Of a stretch of 64,000 nt of DNA, positions 50,101 through 63,310 are shown in pieces (position 1 is the first letter of the stretch; each line of letters begins with the position of its first letter). The stretch comes from Eledone cirrhosa (Eukaryota). The stretch is from the NCBI GenBank assembly GCA_964016885.1, contig OZ024745.1, forward strand, positions 96,224,001 through 96,288,000. Direction: 5' to 3'. Made by a program: the position numbers and the translations under genes. The notes beneath the pieces were generated by a model, which saw only the letters and a list, made by a program, of their open reading frames with translations, was not told where the DNA came from and made no database searches.

Positions 50101-51019
50101 AACATCTCTAAGACTATCAGCCTACCTAGGCTCTACCTCCATAACTACAACATCTCTAAGACCACCAGCCTACCTAGGCTCTACCTCCATACCTACATCT
50201 CTAAGACCATCAGCCTACCTAGGTTCTACCTCCATAACTACGACATCTCTAAGACTATCAGCCTACCTAGGCTCTACCTCCATACCTACAACATCTCTAA
50301 GACCATCAGCCTACCTAGGCTCTACCTCCATACCTACAACATCTCTAAGACTATCAGCCTACCTAGGTTCTACCTCCATAACTACAACATCTCTAAGACT
50401 ATCAGCCTACCTAGGTTCTACCTCCATAACTACAACATATCTAAGACCAACAGCCTACCTAGGTTCTACCTCCATACCTACAACATCTCTAAGACCAACA
50501 GCCTACCTAGGCTCTACCTCCATACCTACAACATCTCTAAGACTATCAGCCTACCTAGGCTCTACCTCCATACCTACAACATCTCTAAGACCACCAGCCT
50601 ACCTAGGCTCTACCTCCATACCTACATCTCTAAGACCATCAGCCTACCTAGGCTCTACCTCCATAACTACAACATCTCTAAGACCATCAGCCTACCTAGG
50701 TTCTACCTCCATAACTACAACATCTCTAAGACCACCAGCCTACCTAGGCTCTACCTCCATACCTACATCTCTAAGACCATCAGCCTACCTAGGTTCTACC
50801 TCCATAACTACAACATCTCTAAGACCATCAGCCTACCTAGGTTCTACCTCCATAACTACTACATCTCTAAGACCATCAGCCTAGCAGCCTACCTAGGTTC
50901 TACCTCCATACCTACAACATATCTAAGACCATCAGCCTACCTAGGTTCTACCTCCATAACTACAACATCTCTAAGACCTACAGCCTACCTAGGCTCTACC
51001 TCCATAACTACAACATCTC
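47150..51019. repeat. 48-bp minisatellite, about 80 copies
   Basis: ctacaacatctctaagaccatcagcctacctaggttctacctccataa, with deletion variants. Confidence 0.97.
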
Positions 51020-52163
51020 TTCCTATTGTGTTGTTAGGAATTCGGTCATCAATAAAGGAGGACCTTGAGTACTCCCCAGCCGAATTACTGTATGGTGCTC
51101 CTTTAGCGTTGCCTGGGCAAATGCTTGCCCCTGTTGATCTTGCTTTTCAGGACTCTGTTTCCTATGTATCTCGTTTGCGCTCCTATTTTCAGGACTTACC
51201 ACCCATGAATACTAGGAAACAAACTATTAAAGCTGCAGTCCCGAGGGATATTGCCTCATGGACACATGTATTCGTCAGAAACGACGCGGTTAGTCCACCT
51301 CTCACACAACCGTACTCTGGACCCTTCCGTATGTTAGCACGCACTGAGAAACATTTCACAGTAGACATTAAGGGGTCCAGAGAGACAATTTCGGTGGATA
51401 GACTAAAAAGGGCATACAATGACGCTCATACACCCGAGCCACAAATACCCCAATCTTTCTCTCTTGTGCATACAACTGCTCCTTCTGCCCCACCTTCACC
51501 TACATACAAGACCCGTTCTGGTCGAAGAGTCCACTGGCCCAAAAAACTCTGTCAAACTGTTTTCATGTGAACTGGCCACTGGAGCCTCTTTTTGGTTTTT
51601 CTCTTTATTGTATTACTATGTATACATGTACCTTTTCATTACTATTTCATGCCGGATTTATACATGTACCTTTTCGTTACTATTTCATGCCGGATTTATA
51701 CATGTACCTTTTCGTTACTATTTCATACCTGATTTATACATGTACCTTTTCGTTACTATTTCATACCTGATTTATACATGTACCTTTTCATTACTATTTC
51801 ATGCCTGTGCTGGGAGCCCATGCTTGTGGGTTCGCTACAGTTACCTTCGGGCCTTTCGCCTATCGTCTGGAGGAGGGTACTGTAGCGACCCCTTACGGCT
51901 GGAACTTAGTCAGGACGTATAGGAGTTGCGTCCCTTTGTGACGGTCGCGACTCTCAGTGGCAGATACGTATAGGAGTTGCGTCTCTTTGTGACGGTCGCG
52001 ACTCCTAGTGGCAGATCCATTTACTAAATGGAGTTGCGTCCCCCTGAGGACTATATATTTGAGAACATCAAGGCATTAACTCTCACTTCCTACGCCGGCA
52101 GCCGAAAGAACCACTTGAACCTTACCAAGAAAAGATTTCTGCTTTCTCTCTCTCTTCTCTACA
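51020..52163 (+). mobile_element. Gypsy LTR retrotransposon 3' fragment (integrase C-terminus, PPT, 3' LTR)
   Basis: LLGIRSSIKEDLEYSPAELLYG..LPG, PY.GPF, ISVDRLK; purine tract ggaggagggtac followed by TGTAG (51881) ... CTACA (52163); 38-bp repeats at 51621-51805. Confidence 0.88.
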
Positions 52164-52529
52164 CACTCCAGTCTGGGAGTTGAGCCCAACTCACCATCAA
52201 CATGTGGTAAAAATTATTTCTATTAATTTATTTGACTTCTGTGAAGTAAAACTATGACACAACACTCACCTGCATTTATTGTCATTCTTAATAATATATA
52301 TACCCTGATACTAACATTCTAAATAATAAAAAGAAACGGCACAAAAGTCAGGTCATACAGTAGGAATTTCCTTCATCTTCTAAAGCTGACTACTACTGTT
52401 CTTTTTATTGGTTGGCTGAGCTAGTTAATAACTTTTACTTGCAATCTCTTCATCATGGACTTGCATTTTACTCCCCTCTCTAAACTGTAGTTAGAGGAAG
52501 CTCTGAAGATGAATTAACAGATATTATTT

Positions 52530-52860
52530 CAAGGCTTAGTGGTTAGAGCATTGGGCTTATAATCATGAAATTGTGAGTGCAATTCCCAGACTGGGCTGTG
52601 TGTGTTCTTGAGCAAGACACTTTATTTCACATTGTTCCAGTCCACTCAGTTGTAGAAATGAGTTGCGATGTCATTGGTGCTAAGCTGTATCTTTATTAAC
52701 CTTTCCCTTGGACAACATCGGTGATGTGGAGAGGGGAGACTGGTATGCATGGGTGACTGTTGGTTTCCGCAAACAACCTGGCCTGGACTTGTGCCTCGGA
52801 GGGCAACTTTCTAGGTGCAAATCCCATGGTCACTCATGACTGAAGAGTGTCTTTAAAGAA
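52530..52860 (+). mobile_element. tRNA-derived SINE, CORE-like
   Basis: A box ggcttagtggttagagc, decayed B box, cttgagcaagacactttatttcac core; antisense relative at about 55140-55272. Confidence 0.65.
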
Positions 52861-53481
52861 TTTCAAGGAATATAACACAAATCTAAAATTACAATTTTCG
52901 GTGATGTAATAATGATAATAATAATTGTTTCTACTTTAGGCACAAGGCCAGCCATTTTGGGGAAGGGAAAGTCAATTAAATCGACCCCAGTGTATTACTG
53001 GTACTTTATTTTATCGACCCCGTAAAGATGAAAGGCAAAGTTAACCTCAGCGAGATTTGAACAATAATGATAATAATAGTAATTATACAGAACGTTATAA
53101 GAAGTGACTAAAAGAGTTGGTGTCAGTAAGGGCATTCAGTTGTAAAACAATACTTCAAAAAATCCTGTCTAGCCCATACCAGTGTGGAGAAGATGATGTA
53201 AAAATGATAATGATGATAAACTTCTATTTACAGCTTACACCTCTGTAGGTATAGCTGGCCTCTAACAATTTTGTATCTCACAAGAGGATTCTCAGGTGTT
53301 TTAATATAGGGATCCAGTCATACCATGAAAAGCAATATGAGATGAAGCATCTTGCTAAGGAACCAAAGACAGGACCTGGTCCAGGAATTTTACCCACTAC
53401 CTTATGAACATGATTGCAACACTCTAACTACTAAGCTGAGCATCTCTGTACTGATAAATCTGAAAATGAAAGAAATCTTAC

Positions 53482-53562
53482 CTTCCATTGTGGTAGATGT
53501 TTCAAACGTGGTAGAGAACAGTTACAAGAAAGAATCCAAGCAAGTTCTGCATGTTGTGGTAT
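53482..53562 (-). CDS. WARS2: WARS2 exon 4
   Basis: IPQHAELAWILSCNCSLPRLKHLPQWK; ttaag / gtaaga. Confidence 0.95.
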
Positions 53563-56329
53563 CTTAAAATGAAAAGATTTCAGATTAAATTCATTGTTAG
53601 TGGTACATCAGATAATTTAGTTATGTCTAAATATTTGAGAGGTGTTTGTCAATAAGATATAACCCATGCTAGCGTGGAAGATGGACGTTAAACAAAGATG
53701 ATGATGATGATGATGATAGGCGGTGAATTGCTAGAATGTTTAGATAGAATGCTTTGCAGTATTCCTTTTGACTCGCTGCTCTCTCAGTTTAATTTAACCC
53801 TTTAGCATTTAAACTGGCCATATCCAGCCGGAATTCTCTTAAATCTTTCTGTTCAAACTGGCCATAACCAGCCACTCATACAGATGTTAAGGTATTGTTC
53901 TCAAAATAAATAATATCAAAATCTCATAGATTTGATATTATGTGAGATAATTATGTGAAATAAAGACTTTACCATGAAAATACAATAGTAAATATAGAAT
54001 AATGTAAATGCTAAAGGATTAAATCCTGCTGAGGTCAACTTTGCCTTTCATCCATTCGAGGTTGATAAAAAAAAGTACCAGTCAAGTACTGGGTTCATTC
54101 TTCCTCTATATCACTTTTTCACTTCCATTCACTTCCTCACTCTTTCTTCTATAGAAATAATTGTTGCTACTTTAGGCACAAGGCCAGCAATTACCCAGTA
54201 CATTACTGGTACTTTATTTTATCGACCCCGTAAGGATGAAAGGCAAAGTTAACCTCGGCGGGATTTGAACTCAGACTGTAAAGGGACGTAACTATGCTAG
54301 AAAGCATGGCGTCCGACCCTCTACCGATACTGCCAATCCACCGCCCTTCTATAGAAATAATCTGTTGTATTCAGACCTGGAGAGGAGATGGGCTCCACCA
54401 GGTTTTAAAATGTTCTAGAAATGCTGTATGTCAATACAGTACTCCTACGACTCCCTCAGGAGTTACGGGTCCATGTATGCAGGCATGTCAATAAGATTAT
54501 CATTTCTCAAACTATTCAACTCTTCTGTAGAGATGAAACATATTTTAATAAGATGATTGGTCACTTTAATTTCCAGTCATCATCAGGCTTATTACTGGAT
54601 GTGTACATGAAGATGATTGAAGAACAAACCAACTAGAATGTTATAAACATCAATCCATCTTTCAACTCTAAAGAATAGGCCAATCATCACCACCACAACC
54701 AACACCAGTACAACCATCTTACAAACTAGACTAGGTCCTTTTTTTATCCTGGCACAAGCACCACCACTTTACAGGGTGAACTGGTCGCTTTTTGTGGCAC
54801 CAGTACAACTACCTTATTATTAAGATAATTTAACTTTCCAATCTAAAGAGCACAAGACAAGATTAAGACATATTGAAGTGTGGTGTATTGCACATCTATC
54901 AAATCCATAGTAGTATAGAAAACAGGATGCAAATCTGATGATGATAAAAGGGATCATCATCATCATTTTACGTCTGCTTTTTCCCTGCTTGCAAGGGTGG
55001 GACGGGAACTGATTCTGACTTGATTTCTACAGCTGGATGCCCTTCCTAACACCAACCTCATTTACAGTGAGTGCTGGGTGCTTTTTTCCGTGGCGCCTCC
55101 ACGTCCACTTTGCAGTGGAATGATATGGACCCCAGTCCTATTATCTCATTTCTACAGCTGAGTAAACTGGGGCAATGTGAAATAAAGGAAACAACACATC
55201 ACCCGGTCTGAGAATTGAACTCACAACCTTTCGATTGCAAGCCCAATGCTCTAACAACTAAGCCATGTGCCATGATGAAACTAATTTAATAGTTTATATT
55301 AACAGCATATACATGATAGATCTACATCCTAGCAAAACCATAATTTCTTCATCAGAATCAATTTTATAGAGGATGGTAATAGTTTCATTAAATTCTACTC
55401 ATACCTTAGGTTAGCAAGAATTTTCATCACAGATGCACTTCAGCCACTTCAAGTATATTATAGGATGCAAACACTGAGCCTGCATGCCTACAAACAACTC
55501 TAGAACTCTCATCATTGAACCAATTCTATACCAATTTTAGAGTTGGAATAAACATTTAACCTAAAAAAGTACCTCAAACAGATTGATGACATAAATTTGA
55601 ATCTCTGTCTCAGTAGTACAGAATTATTCTAGGATTCTAACTATAATTCTTTTGTTGACATTTAACAGAAAAGTTGCAATTAAAGAGAGAATGCTGGTGG
55701 CCAGAATTTCATAGTTATGTTGGCATTCTTTTAATAGAAGATAGGCAAGTACATTAACCCTTACGAGATGACAGGGCTGATCTATTGACCCGAAAGCTTT
55801 GAGATTAGCTGGCTGGTCTTCGTACCAGCCAGTCAGATTGCTTCTTGCGCATCTGAGCCTTTCAATGGCAACTTCCATGACAGTTTGCTGACTTCTGTGA
55901 TTTATTTATCATGCACTTTAATTTTATAATTTAAAAAAAAAAAAAAAATGCATGTCCTCTGTAGGGCTTGTGAAAAGGGCTCCATCTCCAAAAGGCTTAA
56001 TAAATTTCACTATACTTGTAGTCCCCTTAAAAAGAAACCTACATGTGAAATGCTAATTTCAAATCCTGCTGTTAATCGTCCAATTATTTTATGGGTAAAT
56101 GTTAACAACACATGCAGTATATAAATAGGCTTAGTATTGTATTTCTGACTGCATAGTTACATCATCATCATCACTGTTTAACGTCCATTTTTTTCCTCGG
56201 TAGCATCGGTCAAACGAGTTGTCCCATTGTGAGACAAGCCAGGTCAGATTACCATGTTTTGTTCATACAGAACTAATTTTGGCTTGGTTTCTACAGCTGG
56301 ATGCTCTTCCTAACACCAACCACATTTTC

Positions 56330-56680
56330 AGTGTGTTCTGGGTGCTTTTTGTCTTGACACCTACATGACCCCTTTACAGTGTGGGCTGAGTGCTTTTTGT
56401 TGTGACACATAAGTGATCACTTTAAAGTGTAGGCTCGGTGGTTTTTGTCCTGTCCTCTACATGACCACTTTCCAGTGTGGGCTGGATGCTTTCTGTTGTG
56501 TCACCAACATGACCTCTTTACAGTGTGGGCTGGATACTTTTTGTCGTGTCCCCTACATGACCACTTTCCAGTGTGGGCTGGATGCTTTCTGTTGTGTCAC
56601 CAACATGACCACTTTGCAGTGTGGGCTGGATACTTTCTGTTGTGTCACCTCCACGACCACTTTGCAGTGTGGGCTGGGCA
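56330..56680. repeat. 48-bp tandem repeat, about 7 copies
   Basis: catgaccactttccagtgtgggctggatgctttctgttgtgtcaccaa. Confidence 0.85.
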
Positions 56681-57359
56681 CTTAAGTTTAGATATTGCGA
56701 TAGACTTTCTGTCATGTCATAAAGTTAGGTACATTACCTACCTTCAGTTATGTTGGCTGATGACAGAAAAGATATGGAACTGCAAAAGCTATGTTCCACA
56801 AAATGTAAATATATCAATTTGTAAGAATCACCTTACCTATGTTAGAAAATATGGAAGTAGCCCCACCCAAACATAAAGAAAAAATTTTTTAAAAATAATT
56901 CCTGAATAATAACTAAGGATCCTTTGTGATTTCATATAGTGTATCTACAGTATATTTTAGGCAGTGAATTGGCAGAGTTGTTAGAACGTCAGATAGAATG
57001 CTTTATGGTATTCATTCTGGCTCTCTGCTCTCTGAGTTCATATCCTACTGAGGTAAACTTTGCCTTTCATCCTTCCAAGGTCGATAAAAAAAGTATCAGT
57101 CGAGTACTGGGGTCGATTCTTCCTCTATATCTCTTTCTCATTTCCTCTCTCTCACTTTCTATCCTTCTCTGGAAGAAATCTGCTGTACTCAGACCTGGAG
57201 AGGGATGGGCTCTGCTAGGAATTTAAATGCCCAAGAAATGTCATATGTTAATATGGCACCCGTACAAATCCCACAGGAATTACGAGACCATACATACAGT
57301 ATATTTTAATTGCTATGATCTCAATATCTAAGAAAATCTGAATAAATATAACAACTTAC

Positions 57360-57441
57360 CTGAGACTGCTGGAAAAGAATTACCTTTGCAGGGTCTAAGC
57401 CACAGGCAAGAAGGCAGGCAGTCATATCTAGGATATTATTT
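57360..57441 (-). CDS. WARS2: WARS2 exon 3
   Basis: [27 protein letters not shown]; ttttag / gtaagt. Confidence 0.96.
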
Positions 57442-58345
57442 CTAAAAATAAAAATCATGTTACAGTTACATTATAGTAAAGAGATTTATTTTAAATGTTA
57501 AATCTTTCATTGAGTAACTTTCATTTAAATAAAATATATCTCACTAGCGGGACCCATGGAAATTCCACAGCTGAAAAATAATTAAGAGGAGCTATTTAAC
57601 CCTTTAGCATTGAAACAGGCCATATCCAGCCAGAATTCTCTCAATTCTTTCTGTTCAAACTGGTTGTAACCAGCTACTTATGCTGATGTTAAGGTATTGT
57701 TCTCCAAATAAATAATATCAAAATCTCAGATTCTATATTATGTGAGATAATTATGTAAGGTAAAGCTTTTACCATGAAAATATAATAATAAATATGGAGT
57801 AATGTAAATGCTAAAGAGTTAAGAGACATTGCTCTAGTTGTATATTATATCGCCTCTCCTGTTGTCTTAGTCTACCTTGCTCTAAAGCGATATATCTGTT
57901 CTTCATTCATTTCCTCAAGTCTCTGTAACATACACACCCAATTCATTACAATTGTGTGTGTACATTTATGTATGAGTGTATAAATATAAACATGCAAACA
58001 CACTCACATGAAACACACACACATACTCACACAAATGAACACATACACTCACAAGTATAGTTAATTGTAGAATGCTTATTGCTATAGCATTTCACCAGCT
58101 CCTTCCTTCTTCAATCATTACATAGATGTGTGTATATGTAATAATTATTTTGTATAATGTGTCTGTCTATTTATGAATATGTATGAGTAGATGTGTGTTT
58201 GCACTTCTGTTGCCTGTGAATCTGTTTATGTATTTATGTGTATGTGTCTGTAACTAAAGCGTAACGTATGAACAAATGGATAAAACATACAAAGAATTAT
58301 AATAAGATTATATGGTTGCGAAAGGGTTAATGCATTCATATCTAC

Positions 58346-58536
58346 CTGAGATGTTGAGGTTTGTGAGGGAGAGTAATTGTGTGAAGGTCAACCAAACTGA
58401 GGATTACTGAAGGGTATTTGTCCTGTAGCTCAACCCAGTTATTGATAGCACCAATATAATTGCCCAAATGAGGAGTATCTGATGTTGGCTGGATGCCAGA
58501 AAATAACCGTTGTGATGAGTGATCTGAATTCAGTTC
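58346..58536 (-). CDS. WARS2: WARS2 exon 2
   Basis: [17 protein letters not shown] (class I HIGH motif)..VDLHTIT; cacag / gtagat. Confidence 0.96.
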
Positions 58537-58589
58537 CTGTGTGATGAACAGAAAATTGAAATTCAATTATTTTCAAGGTAGTGATAAAG

Positions 58590-59010
58590 CAATCTTTTAT
58601 AGGTAAGGATATATTAGCTTGCCCATGTCAATCTTTTACAGGTAAGGATAAGTTAGCTTGCCCATGTCAATCTTTTACAGGTAAAGATAAGTTAGCTTGC
58701 ATAGGTCAATCTTTTACAGGTAAGGATAAGTTAGCTTGCCCAGGTCAATCTTTTACAGGTAAAGAAAAGTTATCTTGCTTGGGTCTATCTTTTACAGGTA
58801 AGGATAAGTTAGCTTGCTTGGGTCAATATTTTATAGGTCATCATCATCATCAATATTTTACAGGTAAGGATAAGTTAGCTTGCCTAGGTCAATCTTTTAC
58901 AGTTAAGGATATGTTAGGTTGCTTGGGTCAATCTTTTACAGTTAAGGATATGTTAGGTTGCTTGGGTTAATCTTTTGCAATTAAATATAGTTAGCTTGCT
59001 CGGGTCAATT
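58590..59010. repeat. 39-bp minisatellite, about 11 copies
   Basis: caatcttttacaggtaaggataagttagcttgcccatgt. Confidence 0.92.
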
Positions 59011-59969
59011 TAAACTTTCATCTCCAGAAGGATAAAATGTTAAATAGACAGTAGAATCAATAAGATTTCGTGATAAATAAGATATAATGATAATACAAAT
59101 TCCATGTTAAGATAGTTAACAATAATTAAGGTTGTGGTATTTAGTTATGGCCCTTTGAGTTCAAATTCAACTTTGTCTTTCACCCTTTTGGGGCAGATAA
59201 AATATAAGTACTAGTCAAGTGCTAGGGTTCAATTATATTTCTATAATGCATCCTAAATGTGAATGGAATTCTAATAGAACAGAAAGAGAAGAAAATACAG
59301 GTGACATCCATAACTTCATATAATAAGCCTTGAACAAGGCAACCGGTTAGGGCTCTTTCGTTTTCATCCTATTCAACTTTACACGTTAATAAATTATTTT
59401 TTTAACATCATAGAACTACTGTTTACAGTTGAGAATTCATTGTACCGCAGTTGGGTTGTTTAACGGTGATCACCGCGTATTTTTTGCGGTGTGTCCTCCC
59501 TTGTTTGATTGGGATTTGAGGGAAATTATAGCAGCAGGCCGAATGACCACATAAAGTTACCGCGCAGGATTTATTGGGTTTGTTTAAATGATATGCTTAT
59601 TGAGGACTGTGTAGCATTAAAGACAGAATAGAAACCTTTCCTGTGATACTCAATAACATCAATGGAACCTCTATATCATTATCTATTATACATCTTAGGT
59701 GGATTTAAAAAGGCTACGGACATGGCCTGTACCTACTCAGACTAGCTCCCCAAGAAATACATGGAAAATTAAAATATGAAGATGAATGTAATAATTAAAA
59801 CAGTTGTCATTTAGCTCTCTACATTCTGAACTAAGCTTGAGGTTCTTTCAACAAGCTATCAATAATATTAAGAAAAATACAAAACGTAAATAAAATTCCT
59901 TAAGGTGACATTAATAAAGTCTCGTAAAACTGAAACTAGAATGGAATTTACCAACAAATTTATACTTAC

Positions 59970-60113
59970 TGTCATTGTATGTATGGCAGCAGTAACCACC
60001 GAAGATCGTTGACGACGACATGTTGAAGGTGACAATAGTTTTGAAGTAGGGAAATGACACGCACCTTGTACGTAACGAATCTTCAAACACACATGCTTAA
60101 AGGGCGACGCCAT
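59970..60113 (-). CDS. WARS2: WARS2 exon 1 (mitochondrial presequence)
   Basis: atcATGGCG start; 48 aa rich in R/S/K with no acidic residues; donor ACA|gtaagt in phase 0 matches exon 2. Confidence 0.85.
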
Positions 60114-60559
60114 GATGATTTTAAGGGAAACAACTCTAAATTTCTTTTTTTTTAAAATGGAAATTGCTTCCCTTCCCTTCATATAACATGAAATTCGTTA
60201 TAATTCTTTTGTATTTTGTCTCGGTAAATCTTTAATTGTTTCTAGTTTTGGCACAAGGCCAGCAATTACTTCAGTGCATTACTGGTACTTTATTTTATCG
60301 ACCCCGTATGGATGAAAAGAAAAGTTAACCTCGGTGAGATTTGAACTGAGATTGTAAAGGGCCAAAACTCTATGCTGCAAAGCATGGTGTCTGGCGCTCT
60401 ACCGATACTGTCAATCCGTGGCATTTTGGGCAATGTTTGCAATAAAAAAAAAAAAAAAAAAAATTAAACAGTGAAAGTAAGGATCAACAGAATCAACACT
60501 CTAGTCTAGGCGATATATCTCAGCTGCGTCATGTGGACAAAATGGCGAACGCATTGACA

Positions 60560-60975
60560 CGGAGAACAACCAGCGATACCCACTGCATCTGCCACTTCCT
60601 CCTCACAGAGCCCCTTCCTCAGTCGGAGACCGGGGATACCAGAGGTCTTGAAGGTAACCGACACGAAAAGGAAGCAGTCGGTGAAGTCCTGGTATTTAAC
60701 TATTTTTCTCTCCACCGTGTTACGGGTGGCAATGCTAGGGTTTGTGGCTAAAACGATCTTTCTCTTCACGGTATTACGGGCGGTGTGTTAGGGTTTGTGC
60801 CCGAAACGATAAAGTTGGAGGCGTAAAACGAATCGAAGATTCGAGATTTACCTCCCTCGGAGGGAAGAGGACTATCACGCCTGGGTGCTTACCATCACGG
60901 TTCAGGCCGACAGGTTCTAGTTGTGACAGGAAGCCGACCACGCCAAGGCTTTTTGTGATGATGAGGGCTTTCCGG
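60560..60975 (-). mobile_element. Old CRE-like RLE fragment
   Basis: LEPVGLNRDGKHP and ERKIVKYQD..FLFV.VTFKTSG align with the family RLE; a C-terminal piece ILSGNTFAIFS lies at about 61480-61545. Confidence 0.6.
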
Positions 60976-63149
60976 CACTTTTGGAAGAAAATATAACTGA
61001 TTAATTTAATTAATGTTTAACAGTTAATCAGGGTTCGTTTGTCTCTCCTTCCCAAGATGCCGAGCATAAGCAGCAGAAAACAAAGAAGACAAGCATATAC
61101 CTAGGCATAACACATTTTAAAGGCACACGGCTAGCAGCCGGGCAACTGTACCAATATAGCGTGGGTTAGGAATAAAGAACGTATGTGTTTACATTTTACA
61201 GTGGGACTGGAAAATTAGGCCCCATGGAGTGCTTTTCAACAGTTTGGGATGAGGATCCTACTAACCAGCTGCATTATTCAACAACTCTTAACTAAAGCTT
61301 TTCACCTAGAAAGCAACGGGGACTGTTGGCCAACCATAGGAACTGGTTTAAAAATGCAGATATTAGTGTGGTAAAGATTTAGAGAAAGGCAATAAAACTT
61401 TGCTTTTTCAAGTATACGCAGCAAGAAAAAATATAAAATCCACACCTTCAATTGAACAGCATATTTCAGCTTCTCTCCTGTGGAAAAGATGGCAAAAGTG
61501 TTGCCACTTAGAATAACCAGCAATGTTAACTGCACCAGTCATTCTACTACTCCACGTTTATCGGGGTCAACAAGCTATAGTTATGATAGGAAACGGGGAG
61601 CATTGAACGGTTTTTTATTGTGGTCATTCAGTTCGGTGTGGCGGGGAAAGTATCCTGTATTGTAACGACAAGAAAGAGCTCCTTGGCAGCGGAAACCTAA
61701 ACACACACATTGTCATGCTTTGACGTATTGAGTTACGGCTCTTGCCATTCTGAGTTCAAATCCCGCCGAGGTTAACTTTGCCTTTCATCCTTACGGGGTC
61801 GATAAAATAAAGTACCAGTAATACACTGGGATAATTGATGGCCTTGTGCCAAAAGTAGAAACAATTGTCAAGAAGAGTGTTAGTCTACGGGGAGGGTAGT
61901 ATGTTGATCAAAGGAAGATTCGCCTCTCGTACTGGTTGAACTATATTTGATGTCGTCCAAGTCGCTTTGTGACATCGACAAAATTGTGAAGAACATTTCC
62001 TGAGATTTGGGGTGTTTCCTCGGAGAAAAGGGAGCATTGATATAGGATTTTAAAACTTTTCTTGATAATTTCTTATATCTCTTCAGACCTGTCAACTCTC
62101 CTCGTCCGATAAGGAGATCTCCCACCCACTTAGGGGTGGGCGAGGATGTCTTCTCTTGTGAAAATGAGTATAACTTTCTATTGTAACATCTCTCCATTTT
62201 GCCTCATTTCTCTCTGTTTTGGGGCACTTTTTTTTCATGGCACTCCCCATTTGAGCTTTTAGAGGTTGGCAAGTCTGTTTCTTGACAGGGGAAGCGAAAT
62301 ATTGTGAGGCATCAGATCAATAAATGTATCTGAAGTTGGGAATATAATGTATTTTTATTAAAGGCTTAAGTATTTGGTATTGAATTATCTGCCATATATG
62401 CTGACCACCATATTGTTAGACAGGAAACAAGAGTATTATGGCGAAACCAGCTAACAAGGTTAAGAAATAATTAGAACAAGGAGCTATATTTCTGGCCCAT
62501 AACTGTTAAAGGCGGAGTAAAATATTTTGATTAAAGTGTTAGCTTGTTATGTAAAGTAATAGAGAGACTGCAGAATCTGTGACACGAGAACGACTATCTA
62601 TTAACTGCATTGTGCTTTTCCGACACAAAACCGTTTATTACTAAATACTGAAGTGCAACAAGCTATTACTCAAATGTAGCCAAGCAGTCCATTTCTTCAC
62701 CCCGACATCTTATTTTACGTGCTGCGAATTGGCAGAGTCGTTAGAAAGTCGGATAGAATGCTCTCTGAGTTCAAATCCCGCCGAGGTCAATTTTGACTTT
62801 CATCCTTTCGAGATCGATAAAAAAGTGCCAGTCCAGTACTGGGGTCGTTTCTCCTATCTCTCTCTCACATACACACACTCTCTCTCTTCTCTCCTTCTGG
62901 AGAGGGAATGGGCCTACCAGGTTTCAAGTGTCCTCTACAGCGCCCCTATGACCCCAGCAACAGTTACTGGTCCATCCGTCCATCTATCCATCCATACTGG
63001 TTGTTTTATAACAAAAAGATTCGTGGGAGATAAGTTAGTGACGATAACGTCTGCCAATGGATGAGTTTCAAAAACAAACAACCTGGTAAATAATACTAAG
63101 CTACGCTATTCTTCAAAACAAAGCATGAAGAACTAATAGGGAAACATGA

Positions 63150-63310
63150 AAAATCCTTACTATATATACACAAACTTCACCTCTTGTTAAAAAATAACCT
63201 TGCTATATATATACAAACGTCACCTCTTATTCCAAGAAAAACCTTACTATATATACAAAACTTGCACTTCGTGTTCCCTACTATATATACACAAAACTTG
63301 CGTTGTCCCA
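63150..63310. repeat. Degenerate ~40-bp tandem repeat
   Basis: Recurring ccttactatatatacacaaacttcacctctt. Confidence 0.6.

Noticed and set aside
1683-51019. Regular repeat arrays as possible CRISPR arrays
   Set aside because: No unique spacers, no cas genes, and the context is eukaryotic
52530-52600. tRNA gene
   Set aside because: A and B boxes belong to a SINE head; no cloverleaf
33750-56770. Other ctgatga/tcatcag words (about 33754, 36470, 54936, 55349, 56757)
   Set aside because: No correctly placed GAAA, stems or cleavage triplet, so they are not hammerheads
58581-58970. Cys-periodic 129-aa ORF resembling zinc fingers
   Set aside because: Translation of the 39-bp minisatellite in WARS2 intron 1
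61880-62197. 105-aa minus-strand ORF with an aaaATGG start
   Set aside because: No recognisable domain or splice support; neighbouring frames are broken
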